DNA from: Acidimicrobiia bacterium
GTDB lineage: Bacteria; Actinomycetota; Acidimicrobiia; Spongiisociales; Spongiisociaceae
Reading direction: 5' to 3'
NCBI GenBank assembly: GCA_041576165.1
Contig: JBFGLM010000031.1
Coordinates: forward strand, 1 to 56,982
DNA length: 56,982 bases
Below, one piece after another: positions 47,071 through 56,124 of the stretch; the stretch's first letter is position 1; every line of letters begins with the position of its first letter. The notes under the pieces were generated by a model. The model was not told where the DNA came from. It saw nothing but the letters and a program-made list of their open reading frames with translations, and ran no database searches. The position numbers and the translations under genes were made by a program.

Positions 47071-48564
47071 ATGCAAGTCGTCAATCACTGGATCAACGGC
47101 AAGAACGTTGACGGCACGTCTGGTCGAACCTCGCCGATCTTCAATCCGGCGACCGGCGAACAAACCGCACAGGTCACGCTCGCGTCGACCGAAGACGTCG
47201 ATACGGCGGTGCAGGCGGCCGCCGCCGCGTACGAAGAGTGGCGTTATGCCCCGCTCGCCCGCCGCCAGAACATCATGTTCAAGATGCGGGAGCTGGTGGA
47301 TCGAAACCGACTCGATCTCGCCCGCCGGGTCACCGCCGAACACGGGAAGACTGTGGACGACGCGCTGGGCGAAGTACAGCGCGGGCTCGAGGTGATCGAG
47401 TTCGTGACGAACATCGCCCATCTGCTCAAAGGTGGGTACTCCGAGCAAGTGTCGAGCGGGGTTGACACCTACACGATCCGCCAGCCGCTGGGAGTCGTCG
47501 CCGGGATAACCCCCTTCAACTTCCCGGTGATGGTGCCAATGTGGATGCACCCGGTCGCCATCGCCACCGGCAACGCGTTTGTGCTCAAACCATCGGAGAA
47601 GGACCCCTCGGTCAACCAGCTCGTTGCCGAGCTCTACGCCGAGGCCGGCCTACCGGATGGCGTGTTCAACATCGTTCAGGGCGACAAAGAGGCGGTCGAT
47701 GCGATCCTCTCCCATCCGGGCATCGCCGCTGTGTCATTCGTGGGTTCGACCCCCATCGCCCGTTACATCTACGAAAACGGGACCGCCGCCGGGAAGCGGG
47801 TCCAGGCCCTGGGGGGAGCCAAGAACCACATGATCGTGCTGCCCGACGCCGACATGGACCTCGCAGCCGACGCGGCCGTGTCGGCCGGGTACGGTTCAGC
47901 CGGACAGCGGTGCATGGCCATCTCGGTAGTCGTCACTGTGGGTGATGCCGCCGAGCGGCTGCTGCCAAAGGTGCAGGAGCGAATGGCCGATCTGAAGGTC
48001 AGCGCCGGGACGGATGACGGCGCCGAGATGGGGCCCCTCGTCACTGCGGAGGCGCGCGATCGGGTGGTCGACTACATCGGTCAGGGTGAGACCGCCGGAG
48101 CCACCCTCCTGACCGACGGCCGGGACATCAAGGTCGCTGGGCACGAAAATGGGTTCTTCGTCGGGCCGACGCTGTTCGACAATGTCACGCCGGACATGTC
48201 CATCTACCGGGATGAGATCTTCGGCCCAGTGCTGTCAACCGTGCGCATGGACTCGTATGAAGACGCCATCGAGCTGGTCAATTCCAATCCGTACGGCAAC
48301 GGTACTGCGGTCTTCACCAACGACGGCGGGGCGGCCCGCAAGTTCCAGAACGAGGTCCTCGTGGGTATGGTCGGCGTCAACGTCCCCATTCCGGTTCCGC
48401 TGTCCTTCTACTCATTCGGCGGATGGAAGAGCTCCGCATTCGGCACACATGCGATCTATGGCCCCGAAGGCGTGAACTTCTACACCCGCCAGAAGGTTGT
48501 GATCAGCCGCTGGCCCGACCCCATCCATCGCGGCGTGGACCTCGGCTTCCCCCAGCACGGGTGA
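47071..48564 (+). CDS. mmsA: CoA-acylating (methyl)malonate-semialdehyde dehydrogenase (IolA)
   Basis: GITPFNFPVMVPMW, KPSEKDPS, FVGSTPIA, QALGGAKNH, GSAGQRCMA, EIFGPVL, GMVGVNVPIPVP. GGAGG RBS before ATG 47071. Confidence 0.96.
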   Translation: MQVVNHWINGKNVDGTSGRTSPIFNPATGEQTAQVTLASTEDVDTAVQAAAAAYEEWRYAPLARRQNIMFKMRELVDRNRLDLARRVTAEHGKTVDDALGEVQRGLEVIEFVTNIAHLLKGGYSEQVSSGVDTYTIRQPLGVVAGITPFNFPVMVPMWMHPVAIATGNAFVLKPSEKDPSVNQLVAELYAEAGLPDGVFNIVQGDKEAVDAILSHPGIAAVSFVGSTPIARYIYENGTAAGKRVQALGGAKNHMIVLPDADMDLAADAAVSAGYGSAGQRCMAISVVVTVGDAAERLLPKVQERMADLKVSAGTDDGAEMGPLVTAEARDRVVDYIGQGETAGATLLTDGRDIKVAGHENGFFVGPTLFDNVTPDMSIYRDEIFGPVLSTVRMDSYEDAIELVNSNPYGNGTAVFTNDGGAARKFQNEVLVGMVGVNVPIPVPLSFYSFGGWKSSAFGTHAIYGPEGVNFYTRQKVVISRWPDPIHRGVDLGFPQHG

Positions 48565-48608
48565 TACCGAGCATCAAATAGCCGCACGAGTGGAGGCACC
48601 ATGAGGAC

Positions 48609-49550
48609 ATGGTGGACCTTGTCATCGCGGTCGTCGTCGTGGCCAGCCTGTTCAGCGGCTACATCCGGGGCGTCGCCCGTGAGCTGATCGAGCTCGTGGT
48701 GCTGGTGATCGCGATCCCGATCGCGTTTCGGGTCGGACCGCCGCTGGCATCCGCAATGACCGACCTCCCCGAAGCCAACGCAGAGCTGCTCGGTGGCATC
48801 GTCGTTCTCGTTGTCCTCACTGCCACGGCCCGGCTGGTGACGCGCGTGGCCGAGCGGGCGGGCGCGCTGGTGGCGCCGCAGTCGCCGGAACGTATTGCCG
48901 GGGCCGTGGTCGGCGTCGCCCGCAGCATGACCTTGGTCTGGGTGATCGTGACCGCTCTGGCCAGTGCTCCGGCCACTGTATTTGCTTCAGCCACCAGTTC
49001 GTCGGCGTTGGCGTCGGCGATGACCACCGACGTGCCGGTCAACCTCTTCAGCTCGTTGACCGGCAACGAGGACGTCGTCAGCTTCATCGAGTTCAACCGG
49101 CAGTACCCCGACGGACCCCTGGTCAGCGACGAGGTCTATGAGCTACCCGGCTTCGAGCGGGAACGGTTGACGGCCGAGCCGTCGCTGGCCGCGGAAATGC
49201 TGACCATGGTCAACGTTTCGCGGAGCGAGGTAGGGCATGCGCCGCTGCAGTGGTCGCCGGCACTGGCCGAGGTGGCGGAGGCCTATGCGTTCGAGATGTA
49301 CCAGGACGGCTTCTTCGCTCACGACTCGGCCCGCACGGGCAACGTCGGTGACCGGGTGGAAGCGGCCGGGATCACCTATCGGGTGGTCGGCGAGAACCTG
49401 GCCCTGGCCCCGACCCTCCCGGGAGCCCATCAGGGCCTGATGACCAGCCCCGGGCATCGCGCCAACATACTTGGAGCCTTTTCCAGCTTGGGAATCGGCG
49501 CCGTTCGAGGCCCTCTGGGTCTCGTCGTGGTGCAGGTGTTTCGCTCGTGA
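48609..49550 (+). CDS. CvpA-like membrane domain fused to a CAP/SCP domain
   Basis: N-terminal DLVI.......SGY.RG..RE with 4 TM segments. C-terminal MVN..R, L.W...LA.VA..YA.EM...FFAH, VGENLA, LMTSPGHRANIL. Confidence 0.85.
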   Translation: MVDLVIAVVVVASLFSGYIRGVARELIELVVLVIAIPIAFRVGPPLASAMTDLPEANAELLGGIVVLVVLTATARLVTRVAERAGALVAPQSPERIAGAVVGVARSMTLVWVIVTALASAPATVFASATSSSALASAMTTDVPVNLFSSLTGNEDVVSFIEFNRQYPDGPLVSDEVYELPGFERERLTAEPSLAAEMLTMVNVSRSEVGHAPLQWSPALAEVAEAYAFEMYQDGFFAHDSARTGNVGDRVEAAGITYRVVGENLALAPTLPGAHQGLMTSPGHRANILGAFSSLGIGAVRGPLGLVVVQVFRS

Positions 49551-49588
49551 GGGCTCGATAGGCTGGCGCGGAAGCAAGGAGGCTGGAT

Positions 49589-50152
49589 GTGACCGCAGTA
49601 TCAACCAACCGATTCCAGGCCGAGCATGGCTCCCCGGCCGAGTCGGTCGTGGGCAAGGTACGCGATCACATGCATCCGTGGGTGCAGGAGTTCATATGCC
49701 ATGCGCCCTTTGCGGTCGTTGCTTCTGCCGACGCGGCGGGCAACTGTGACGCCTCTCCCAAGGGTGGCACACCCGGCTTCGTCAAGGTGCTCGACGAGCA
49801 CCACCTCCTCGTCCCCGACGTCAAGGGCAACAACCTCTTCCAAAGCTACGAGAACGTCGACAGCAATTCTCACGTCGGCCTGATCTTCTTCATTCCTGGC
49901 GTCAATCAGACTGTGCGGGTCAACGGGCGAGCAGAAGTAGTCAGTCGGGGCGAGCTCGAATCGCGCGGTCTCCAGCTGGAGGTGTTCGATCCCGATGAAA
50001 ACGCCGGGTTGCGCCAGGGCTTGCTGGTCGCAGTAGACGAGGCCTTCGGGCACTGTCCCCGGGCGGTGAACTTCTCGCGCCTGTGGGACACCGACCTGAT
50101 CGCACACCATCAGCAGGAACGGCCTATCTCCCCCCGCCCCAAAGGGGTGTGA
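49589..50152 (+). CDS. Pyridoxamine-5'-phosphate-oxidase-like FMN-binding protein (MSMEG_1061-like)
   Basis: CDASPKGG.PGFV, PD.KGNN, VGLIFFIPG...T.RVNG.A, HCPRA..S.LW. AGGAGG RBS. Confidence 0.88.
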   Translation: MTAVSTNRFQAEHGSPAESVVGKVRDHMHPWVQEFICHAPFAVVASADAAGNCDASPKGGTPGFVKVLDEHHLLVPDVKGNNLFQSYENVDSNSHVGLIFFIPGVNQTVRVNGRAEVVSRGELESRGLQLEVFDPDENAGLRQGLLVAVDEAFGHCPRAVNFSRLWDTDLIAHHQQERPISPRPKGV

Positions 50153-50234
50153 GGTCGACTCCGCCCCCCTGCAGCTCGATCCCGGGAGCCCGAAATCCAC
50201 CACTCACCGCGCGTGACGTGGTACAACAGGCGCG

Positions 50235-50561
50235 ATGCGTGGATCAAGCGAGTTTCGGCACCACGTGCTCGACGTCGGGTTCGATACATACGGCCGGCCG
50301 CTGGTGACTCTGGTCGGCGCTGACCCGGAGTATCCCCGCCACGAGGTGCTACTGGAATCGCTTCGCCCCACCGTCGAGGGTTTCTGCATCACCTGTTTCG
50401 AAGCCCGGCTGAGTGAACGGACTTGCGCCGCCCGCAAAGCGAGATCTTGTGACCCCATGGTGGCGTATCTGTCGCGTATCAACCGTGAGCGGACGCTGCG
50501 CAACCATCTGTTGGCGGAACTCGAACGGGTGCAGCAGCTCGAGACGCTACTGGTCTCCTGA
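50235..50561 (+). CDS. Small hypothetical protein with four cysteines
   Basis: Fills the gap between two genes with protein-like composition. Contains CITC...C...C. Confidence 0.55.
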   Translation: MRGSSEFRHHVLDVGFDTYGRPLVTLVGADPEYPRHEVLLESLRPTVEGFCITCFEARLSERTCAARKARSCDPMVAYLSRINRERTLRNHLLAELERVQQLETLLVS

Positions 50562-50578
50562 GCCTGCGCCCGGCGGCC

Positions 50579-51454
50579 TCAGTTGATAGTGGCCCCGATC
50601 GCCAGCAGCACGCCGACCACCAGCTGCAGGCGCGCAGTGTTCTTGAGGGCCCCGATGAGACTCGGGCCGTCGCTGGCAGCGCTGATGGACCTCACGAGCG
50701 GAGGCGCCAGCGGGAACGCGAGCAGCGCCAAACTGCTCCACGGCGGAATCCAGCCGGTCATCGCGAAGACCGCGATAGCCACGAAGCTCCCATATACCAA
50801 TGATCCATACAGACGGACGGTGGCCGGGCGGCCGATCATGACTGCGAGGGTTCGCTTTCCCACTGCTGCGTCCGTCTGCAAGTCGCGCACGTTGTTGGCG
50901 ACCAGGATTGCGGTGACCAGAAGGCCCATCGGCACCGCCAGCAGCCAAATTGCCGCCGGGGCCGAACGGTCGTGGACGTAGCGGCCGCCCACAGTGGCCA
51001 CGAGTCCGAAGAATATGAAGACAAACAACTCCCCCAAACCGCGGTAGCCGTACGGAACGGGCCCGCCCACGTAGGTGAGGGCGGCGATGATGCTGGCGAT
51101 GCCGATCGCCAGAACGACCCAACCGGCGACAATCGTCAGGTAGATCCCGGCCAGCCCGGACACCGCAAACGCCGCCGCAACTCCGGTCCACATCTGTCGA
51201 GCGGTCAGCAGTCCTGACGCGACTGCCCGGGGAGGCCCAATCCGATCCTCCGGATCCGCCCCCCGAGCGGCATCAGAGACATCGTTCGCGAAATTCGCCG
51301 CCACCTGAATCGCAACGGCGCCGATCAGGGCCGCGGCGAAGGCGTCGACCCGGAAGACACCCTGGCCAATGGCCAAGCCGGCGGCGACCACCACCGGAGC
51401 GATCGCCGCCCACAACGTGGGTGGGCGGGCGGCCAGGATCCACGGATTCGACAT
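50579..51454 (-). CDS. menA: 1,4-dihydroxy-2-naphthoate polyprenyltransferase
   Basis: W..AARP.TL, QVAANFANDVSD...G.D, YVGGP.PYGYRGLGE, ILVANNVRD...D...GKRTLAV. Confidence 0.95.
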   Translation of the reverse strand: MSNPWILAARPPTLWAAIAPVVVAAGLAIGQGVFRVDAFAAALIGAVAIQVAANFANDVSDAARGADPEDRIGPPRAVASGLLTARQMWTGVAAAFAVSGLAGIYLTIVAGWVVLAIGIASIIAALTYVGGPVPYGYRGLGELFVFIFFGLVATVGGRYVHDRSAPAAIWLLAVPMGLLVTAILVANNVRDLQTDAAVGKRTLAVMIGRPATVRLYGSLVYGSFVAIAVFAMTGWIPPWSSLALLAFPLAPPLVRSISAASDGPSLIGALKNTARLQLVVGVLLAIGATIN

Positions 51455-51555
51455 GCGGCTAAGTTTCCACTGCGCAACCGCCGGGAACAAACCGGCGCCC
51501 GGAGCGCCCGATGCGGCGGGCAACGGGCGGCGCACTGGCGAGATGGGCGGGCACG

Positions 51556-51981
51556 ATGGACGCACCGCTGAAGGTAACAGAGCGTATTGAGTTCCCTCCG
51601 CCGGCTCTGATGTGGCGATTCGGTCCAGCCGGCGGTCCCGGTGGTCAACATGCGAACCGGTCCCATACCCGGGTGGAATTGGGCATCGATCTAGTCAACA
51701 GCACCAGCTTGCCGCCCGACCTCAGACCGCGGGTTCTGGCCAACCTGGCGCACCGGCTGACCGATGGTGAACTCTGGGTATCGGTCGACGAGACCCGCAG
51801 CCAGTGGCGCAACCGCCAGCTTGCGCGCAAGCGGATGCGGGACGTCATCGCCGAAGCCGCGAAGCCGCCGGCTCCTCCCCGCCGCAAGACCAAGCCCTCA
51901 CGTGCGGCTCGCCAACGTCGCCTCGACGAAAAGCGCAAGCGGAGCGAGCTCAAGAAGAGCCGCCGCCGGCCGGAAGCGTGA
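51556..51981 (+). CDS. arfB: Alternative ribosome-rescue peptidyl-tRNA hydrolase
   Basis: GGPGGQHAN, RSQWRNR..A, basic tail RRKTKPSRAARQRRLDEKRKRSELK. Confidence 0.95.
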   Translation: MDAPLKVTERIEFPPPALMWRFGPAGGPGGQHANRSHTRVELGIDLVNSTSLPPDLRPRVLANLAHRLTDGELWVSVDETRSQWRNRQLARKRMRDVIAEAAKPPAPPRRKTKPSRAARQRRLDEKRKRSELKKSRRRPEA

Positions 51982-52010
51982 CCCGGCCCCACGTCTGCCC
52001 GCCCGCGCCA

Positions 52011-54734
52011 TCACCGCTCGGTCATCACCGAAGGGATATCGGCGAGCTCGGGGATCCACCGATCGGCCGACGGGCGCACTCGGACGCGAGCGTCCAGCGC
52101 CCGCACGCCTTCACCCTCGGCAAACACCTTCACCGGGTTGAGGTCGAGCTCCACCATCTCCGGAATCACCGTCACCATGGTCGAGACACGCTGGATCAGA
52201 TCGGCCAGAGCGGCCAGGTCACCGGCGGGCGACCCCCGATACCCGTCCAGCAGCGGAGCCGTCCGTATCTCCCGGATCATTGATTCTGCATCTAGATCAG
52301 TGACCGGGTGCAGGCGGAAGGCCACGTCCCCCAGCAGCTCGACGTAGACACCACCCAGACCGAAGACGATCAATGGGCCAAATGACGGATCTTCGGTCAT
52401 GCCGACAAGCACCTCTTGCCCATTGCCAATCATCTCCTGCACCAGAACGCCCTCGGTGTCGGGAGCGAGCTGCATCAGCTCATCGAACACACGTCGTATG
52501 TCCTGCTCCTCCTCGACACCCAGCACCACTCCGCCGACATCGGTCTTGTGCAAGATCGAGCCGGCCACGACCTTCATAGCTACCGGCCCGCCCAGGCGCT
52601 CGGCCACCGCCACTGCCTCACCTGCGGATCCGGCGACCTCCGAGTCAGGAAGCGGGATCCCGAACGCAGCGAGAACGGACTCGACTGCGTCCGGCTCGAG
52701 CCATCCGCCTTTCGCCCCCAGCTGCCCGAGCGCAGCCTCCACCACAGTTCGTGCTGCGCCCGGGTCGATGTCACCAAACGTGCGGACGTTCCCCAGCGGG
52801 CGCCGTAGCCACTCGCCGTAATGCGCAGACCGAGAAAGCGCCAGCGCGGCCGATTCCGGGAAGGCGAAGCTGGGCACTGCGACCCGCTCATCGTGCAGCA
52901 ACTCGGCTGCAGCGCCTTCGCTCATGAAGACGCTCAGCAGCGTCTTGCCGGCGCCGGCTGCGGCAGTGGATTTGATGGCCTCGGCCACCTCCGTCGCGCC
53001 CTCAAGTGAGGTGGGAACATAGATTGCAATCACCGCGTCCACCTCGTCCGAGTCCAGCAGGGCTGACACTGCGTGCCTGAACTCGCCCGCGCCGGCCCCC
53101 GCGATCATGTCCACCGGGTTGGCCACGGCCGCCTCCGCGGGAAGCCGTTCGGCCAGATGCTTGCGCAGCGGCTTCGAGAATTCGGGCAGCTCCATGCCCC
53201 GCCCGGCAAGTGCATCGGCCGCCAGAATGGCCGGCCCGCCCGCATTGGTGACGATTCCGACCCTCCGGCCCGCCGGGATCGGCTGATTTGCCACGAGCTG
53301 AGTCACTGCAAAGAGCTCCTCCAGGGTGTCGGTGCGGATCACACCCGACTCGCGGAACAGCGCTTCTACTGCCCGATCGGTGCTGGCCAGCGCGCCGGTG
53401 TGACTGGAGGCCGCCCGCGTCCCCGCCGCCGTTCGGCCGGACTTGACGGCGACGATCGGCTTGGTGCGGGCCACCCGCCTGGCAAGCCGGGCGAACCGTC
53501 TCGGATTGCCGAAGGACTCGAGGTAGAGCACGATCACGTCGGTCGACGGGTCCTCTTCCCAGTACAGAATCAGGTCATTGCTGCTGACATCAGCCTTGTT
53601 GCCCACGGACACGAAGCTGGAGATGCCGATCGCGTTCCGCCGCGCGTAATCCAGGATGGCGATCCCGAGGGCACCAGATTGCGAGAGCATCGCGACATTG
53701 CCCCGCGGCGGGTACACCGGGGCAAAGGTCCCGTTCATGCGCACGACCGGGTCGGTGTTGAGCAGACCCATGCAGTTGGGGCCGACCATGCGCATGCCCG
53801 CCGACCGCACCGCGTCGAGCAGCGCGTCCTCCACATCCGCGCCGGCGGTGCCAATCTCGGAAAACCCGGCAGAGATCACAACCAGCCCCCGAACCCCTTT
53901 CTGGTCGCAATCGCGCACCACCGCCGGCACAACGGCAGCAGGAACCACGATGAAGGCCAGGTCGACCGGTCCCGGAATTTCGAGCACGGATCGGTAGGCG
54001 CGAACCGAGTTCACCACGTCTGCCTCATCGTGGACGGGATAGAGGGGACCGTTGAAACCGCTGACGAGGAGATTCCGAAACAGGGTCGACCCGATCGACC
54101 CTTCCTCCCGGCTGGCGCCAACCACTGCGATCGAGGCGGGGTAGAAGATCGGGAGCAAGGACGCGGCCACGGCCCGGCGCTCCCGCCCCTCCTCCGCAAC
54201 CAGCGAATCCTCCGATTCGGCCGTGTCGAGCGACACGATGTAGACGCCTTCCTCGAAGGCGCGGCGCATCTGGTAACCAGAGTTGCGGAACAGACGCATC
54301 ATCTTCGCGTTTTCGGGAAGCACGTACGCTTCGAAGCTCGCGACGCCCTGCCGGCGGGCGTAGATCGTCAGTATCTGGAACAGTTGGGTGCCGACCCCCC
54401 TGCCCTGATGAGCATCCTCGACCATGAACGCGACCTCGGCCCTCGTCGGGACGTCTTCAGAGATGTCATAGCGGGCGACGCCGATCATCTGCCCGTCATG
54501 CTCTGCGATGAATGCCATTCGCCGCTCGTAGTCGAGCTTGGTGTAGTACTCGAGTTCCCGAGCCGACAGGGTCGGCTTGGAGCGGAAGAACCTGAAGTAA
54601 CGAGATTCCGGTCCGGTGCGATCGAAGAACTCGGCCAGTGCGTGCTGGTCCGCCGGCCGAATCGGGCGCACCTGGGCAATTCCGCCGTCACGTAGTACGA
54701 CGTCGAACTCGAACTCTGCGGGATAGTCAGCCAC
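52011..54734 (-). CDS. N-terminal GNAT plus NDP-forming acyl-CoA synthetase-like protein (Pat-type protein lysine acetyltransferase)
   Basis: GNAT motifs LRDG...RPI, YFRFF, AEVAF.V.DAHQGRGVG, VLPEN..M. CoA-binding IAVVGAS and GPNC, then SHTGAL, ATP-grasp HKTDVGGV and ELDLNP. Confidence 0.9.
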   Translation of the reverse strand: MADYPAEFEFDVVLRDGGIAQVRPIRPADQHALAEFFDRTGPESRYFRFFRSKPTLSARELEYYTKLDYERRMAFIAEHDGQMIGVARYDISEDVPTRAEVAFMVEDAHQGRGVGTQLFQILTIYARRQGVASFEAYVLPENAKMMRLFRNSGYQMRRAFEEGVYIVSLDTAESEDSLVAEEGRERRAVAASLLPIFYPASIAVVGASREEGSIGSTLFRNLLVSGFNGPLYPVHDEADVVNSVRAYRSVLEIPGPVDLAFIVVPAAVVPAVVRDCDQKGVRGLVVISAGFSEIGTAGADVEDALLDAVRSAGMRMVGPNCMGLLNTDPVVRMNGTFAPVYPPRGNVAMLSQSGALGIAILDYARRNAIGISSFVSVGNKADVSSNDLILYWEEDPSTDVIVLYLESFGNPRRFARLARRVARTKPIVAVKSGRTAAGTRAASSHTGALASTDRAVEALFRESGVIRTDTLEELFAVTQLVANQPIPAGRRVGIVTNAGGPAILAADALAGRGMELPEFSKPLRKHLAERLPAEAAVANPVDMIAGAGAGEFRHAVSALLDSDEVDAVIAIYVPTSLEGATEVAEAIKSTAAAGAGKTLLSVFMSEGAAAELLHDERVAVPSFAFPESAALALSRSAHYGEWLRRPLGNVRTFGDIDPGAARTVVEAALGQLGAKGGWLEPDAVESVLAAFGIPLPDSEVAGSAGEAVAVAERLGGPVAMKVVAGSILHKTDVGGVVLGVEEEQDIRRVFDELMQLAPDTEGVLVQEMIGNGQEVLVGMTEDPSFGPLIVFGLGGVYVELLGDVAFRLHPVTDLDAESMIREIRTAPLLDGYRGSPAGDLAALADLIQRVSTMVTVIPEMVELDLNPVKVFAEGEGVRALDARVRVRPSADRWIPELADIPSVMTER

Positions 54735-54796
54735 CACGCGATTGTCGCACGACGCGCCGGACGTGGCTGCATCGCACACTGATACGATCACTCCCC

Positions 54797-55021
54797 ATGC
54801 CTCGCGTCACGAAGACAGTCCGCTTGAGCGGCCACGCTGACGATTCGATCGAGGATGCCATCACCACGGTCCTCGATCGAGCAGCTGCGACGATCGAGAG
54901 GATTGCCAGCTTCCGAGTGGTCGAGATCACCGGTGGCGTCGACGCAGCCGGAGTCCCAGACGGCTACCGGGTCACGCTGGACATCACATTCGAGGTGCGC
55001 CCCGGCGAAGAGGGGGTATAG
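54797..55021 (+). CDS. Dodecin (flavin-binding protein)
   Basis: K...L.G....SIEDAI......A..T......F.V.EI.G......Y.V.L.I.F pattern, 74 aa. Confidence 0.85.
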   Translation: MPRVTKTVRLSGHADDSIEDAITTVLDRAAATIERIASFRVVEITGGVDAAGVPDGYRVTLDITFEVRPGEEGV

Positions 55022-55048
55022 CACTTCCGTCGAGAATCAACCGCCCAG

Positions 55049-55834
55049 TCACGTTGCAGTGAATTTGGGTGGGCGTTTTTCGAGGAATGCGGCCCGGCCT
55101 TCCCTGCCGTCGTTGGTCTGGGCCAGCGCGGCAATGCTGCGCGTCTCGCGCTCCATCTGGGTCTCGAGCGTGTCGCTGAAACTCTCTTGGAGCAGCCGCT
55201 TGACCGCGCCGTACGCGAGGGTGGCGCCTTGGGCCAGCTGTACCGCCAGCTCCCGGACCGTCTCCATCAGCACATCGTCGGCTACTACCTGGTTGATCAG
55301 CCCCCAATCCAGCGCTTCAGGAGCGCTCAACTGACGGTTTGTGAGCATCAGTTCCATCGCCCGGCGCATCCCCACCAGGCGCGGCACAAAATATGTCGAG
55401 CTGCCGTCCGGCGAGTTGTTGGCGGCCGTATAGGCAGACACGAACTTGGCGGACTCGGCGGCAAGCGCGAGGTCGCTGGCGGCAACAAACGAGAAGCCGG
55501 CGCCGGCCGCGATGCCGTTCACCGCCGAGATCAAGGGCGGGTCCATCCGAGCAAACCGTGAAATGGCCGAATGGAAATATGTCGTCATCTCCTTCAACAG
55601 CCGGCCTACTTCTTCTCCGGCGCCGACGAAAGCTGCGAGGTCTCCCCCGGCACTGAAGAAGCGCCCGGTTCCGGTCACGATCACCGCTCGAATGCCCGGA
55701 TCCTCATCGCAGCGGATCGCTGCATGCATCAGATCCTGCATGAGCTCGAGGTCCATGGCGTTGGCCTTGTCTGGTCGGTTGAAGGTCAGTGTCGCCACGT
55801 CGTCCTCGACCTCGATCAACAGCTTGTCTGACAT
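55049..55834 (-). CDS. Enoyl-CoA hydratase/isomerase (crotonase family)
   Basis: TFNRPDKANA, FSAGGDL, AVNGIAAGAG, PDGSSTY, EGRAAFLEKRPP.F. Confidence 0.93.
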   Translation of the reverse strand: MSDKLLIEVEDDVATLTFNRPDKANAMDLELMQDLMHAAIRCDEDPGIRAVIVTGTGRFFSAGGDLAAFVGAGEEVGRLLKEMTTYFHSAISRFARMDPPLISAVNGIAAGAGFSFVAASDLALAAESAKFVSAYTAANNSPDGSSTYFVPRLVGMRRAMELMLTNRQLSAPEALDWGLINQVVADDVLMETVRELAVQLAQGATLAYGAVKRLLQESFSDTLETQMERETRSIAALAQTNDGREGRAAFLEKRPPKFTAT

Positions 55835-56124
55835 CCAGGCACCTTCCGCCGGCTCGTGAGGATCCTAGAATCTGCGCCCAAGCGGCGGGATGACCTGAGC
55901 GTTTTCGCTACCGCCCGGACGGGCCCGGCGAGCCCGGCCGGCGTCCGGACCAGCGAGCGCGCGAGGTTGTTGAGCCATCGGGCAGCCGGGCCCACCCTCC
56001 CACCACTGGCCGTGGCAACCGGCCGGATTCATGCCACTCTTCGTCTACTTTTAGCTCGCAGGCCTGTGGTACGGTGCACCGCATCGGCCGCTGGGGGCGA
56101 CGGCGAGCCACGAGTATCGGGGCG

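Noticed and set aside
3065-54695. Many long alternative-frame and antisense ORFs (e.g. 3065-4708, 22987-24429, 37076-38164, 53073-54695)
   Set aside because: They are Arg/Pro/Gly-rich shadows of real genes, as expected in high-GC DNA, and carry no recognisable motifs.
55049-55834. Crotonase as the missing crotonobetainyl-CoA hydratase of the carnitine-like operon
   Set aside because: It lies about 19 kb away with no shared regulatory signal, and nothing in the sequence points to that substrate.
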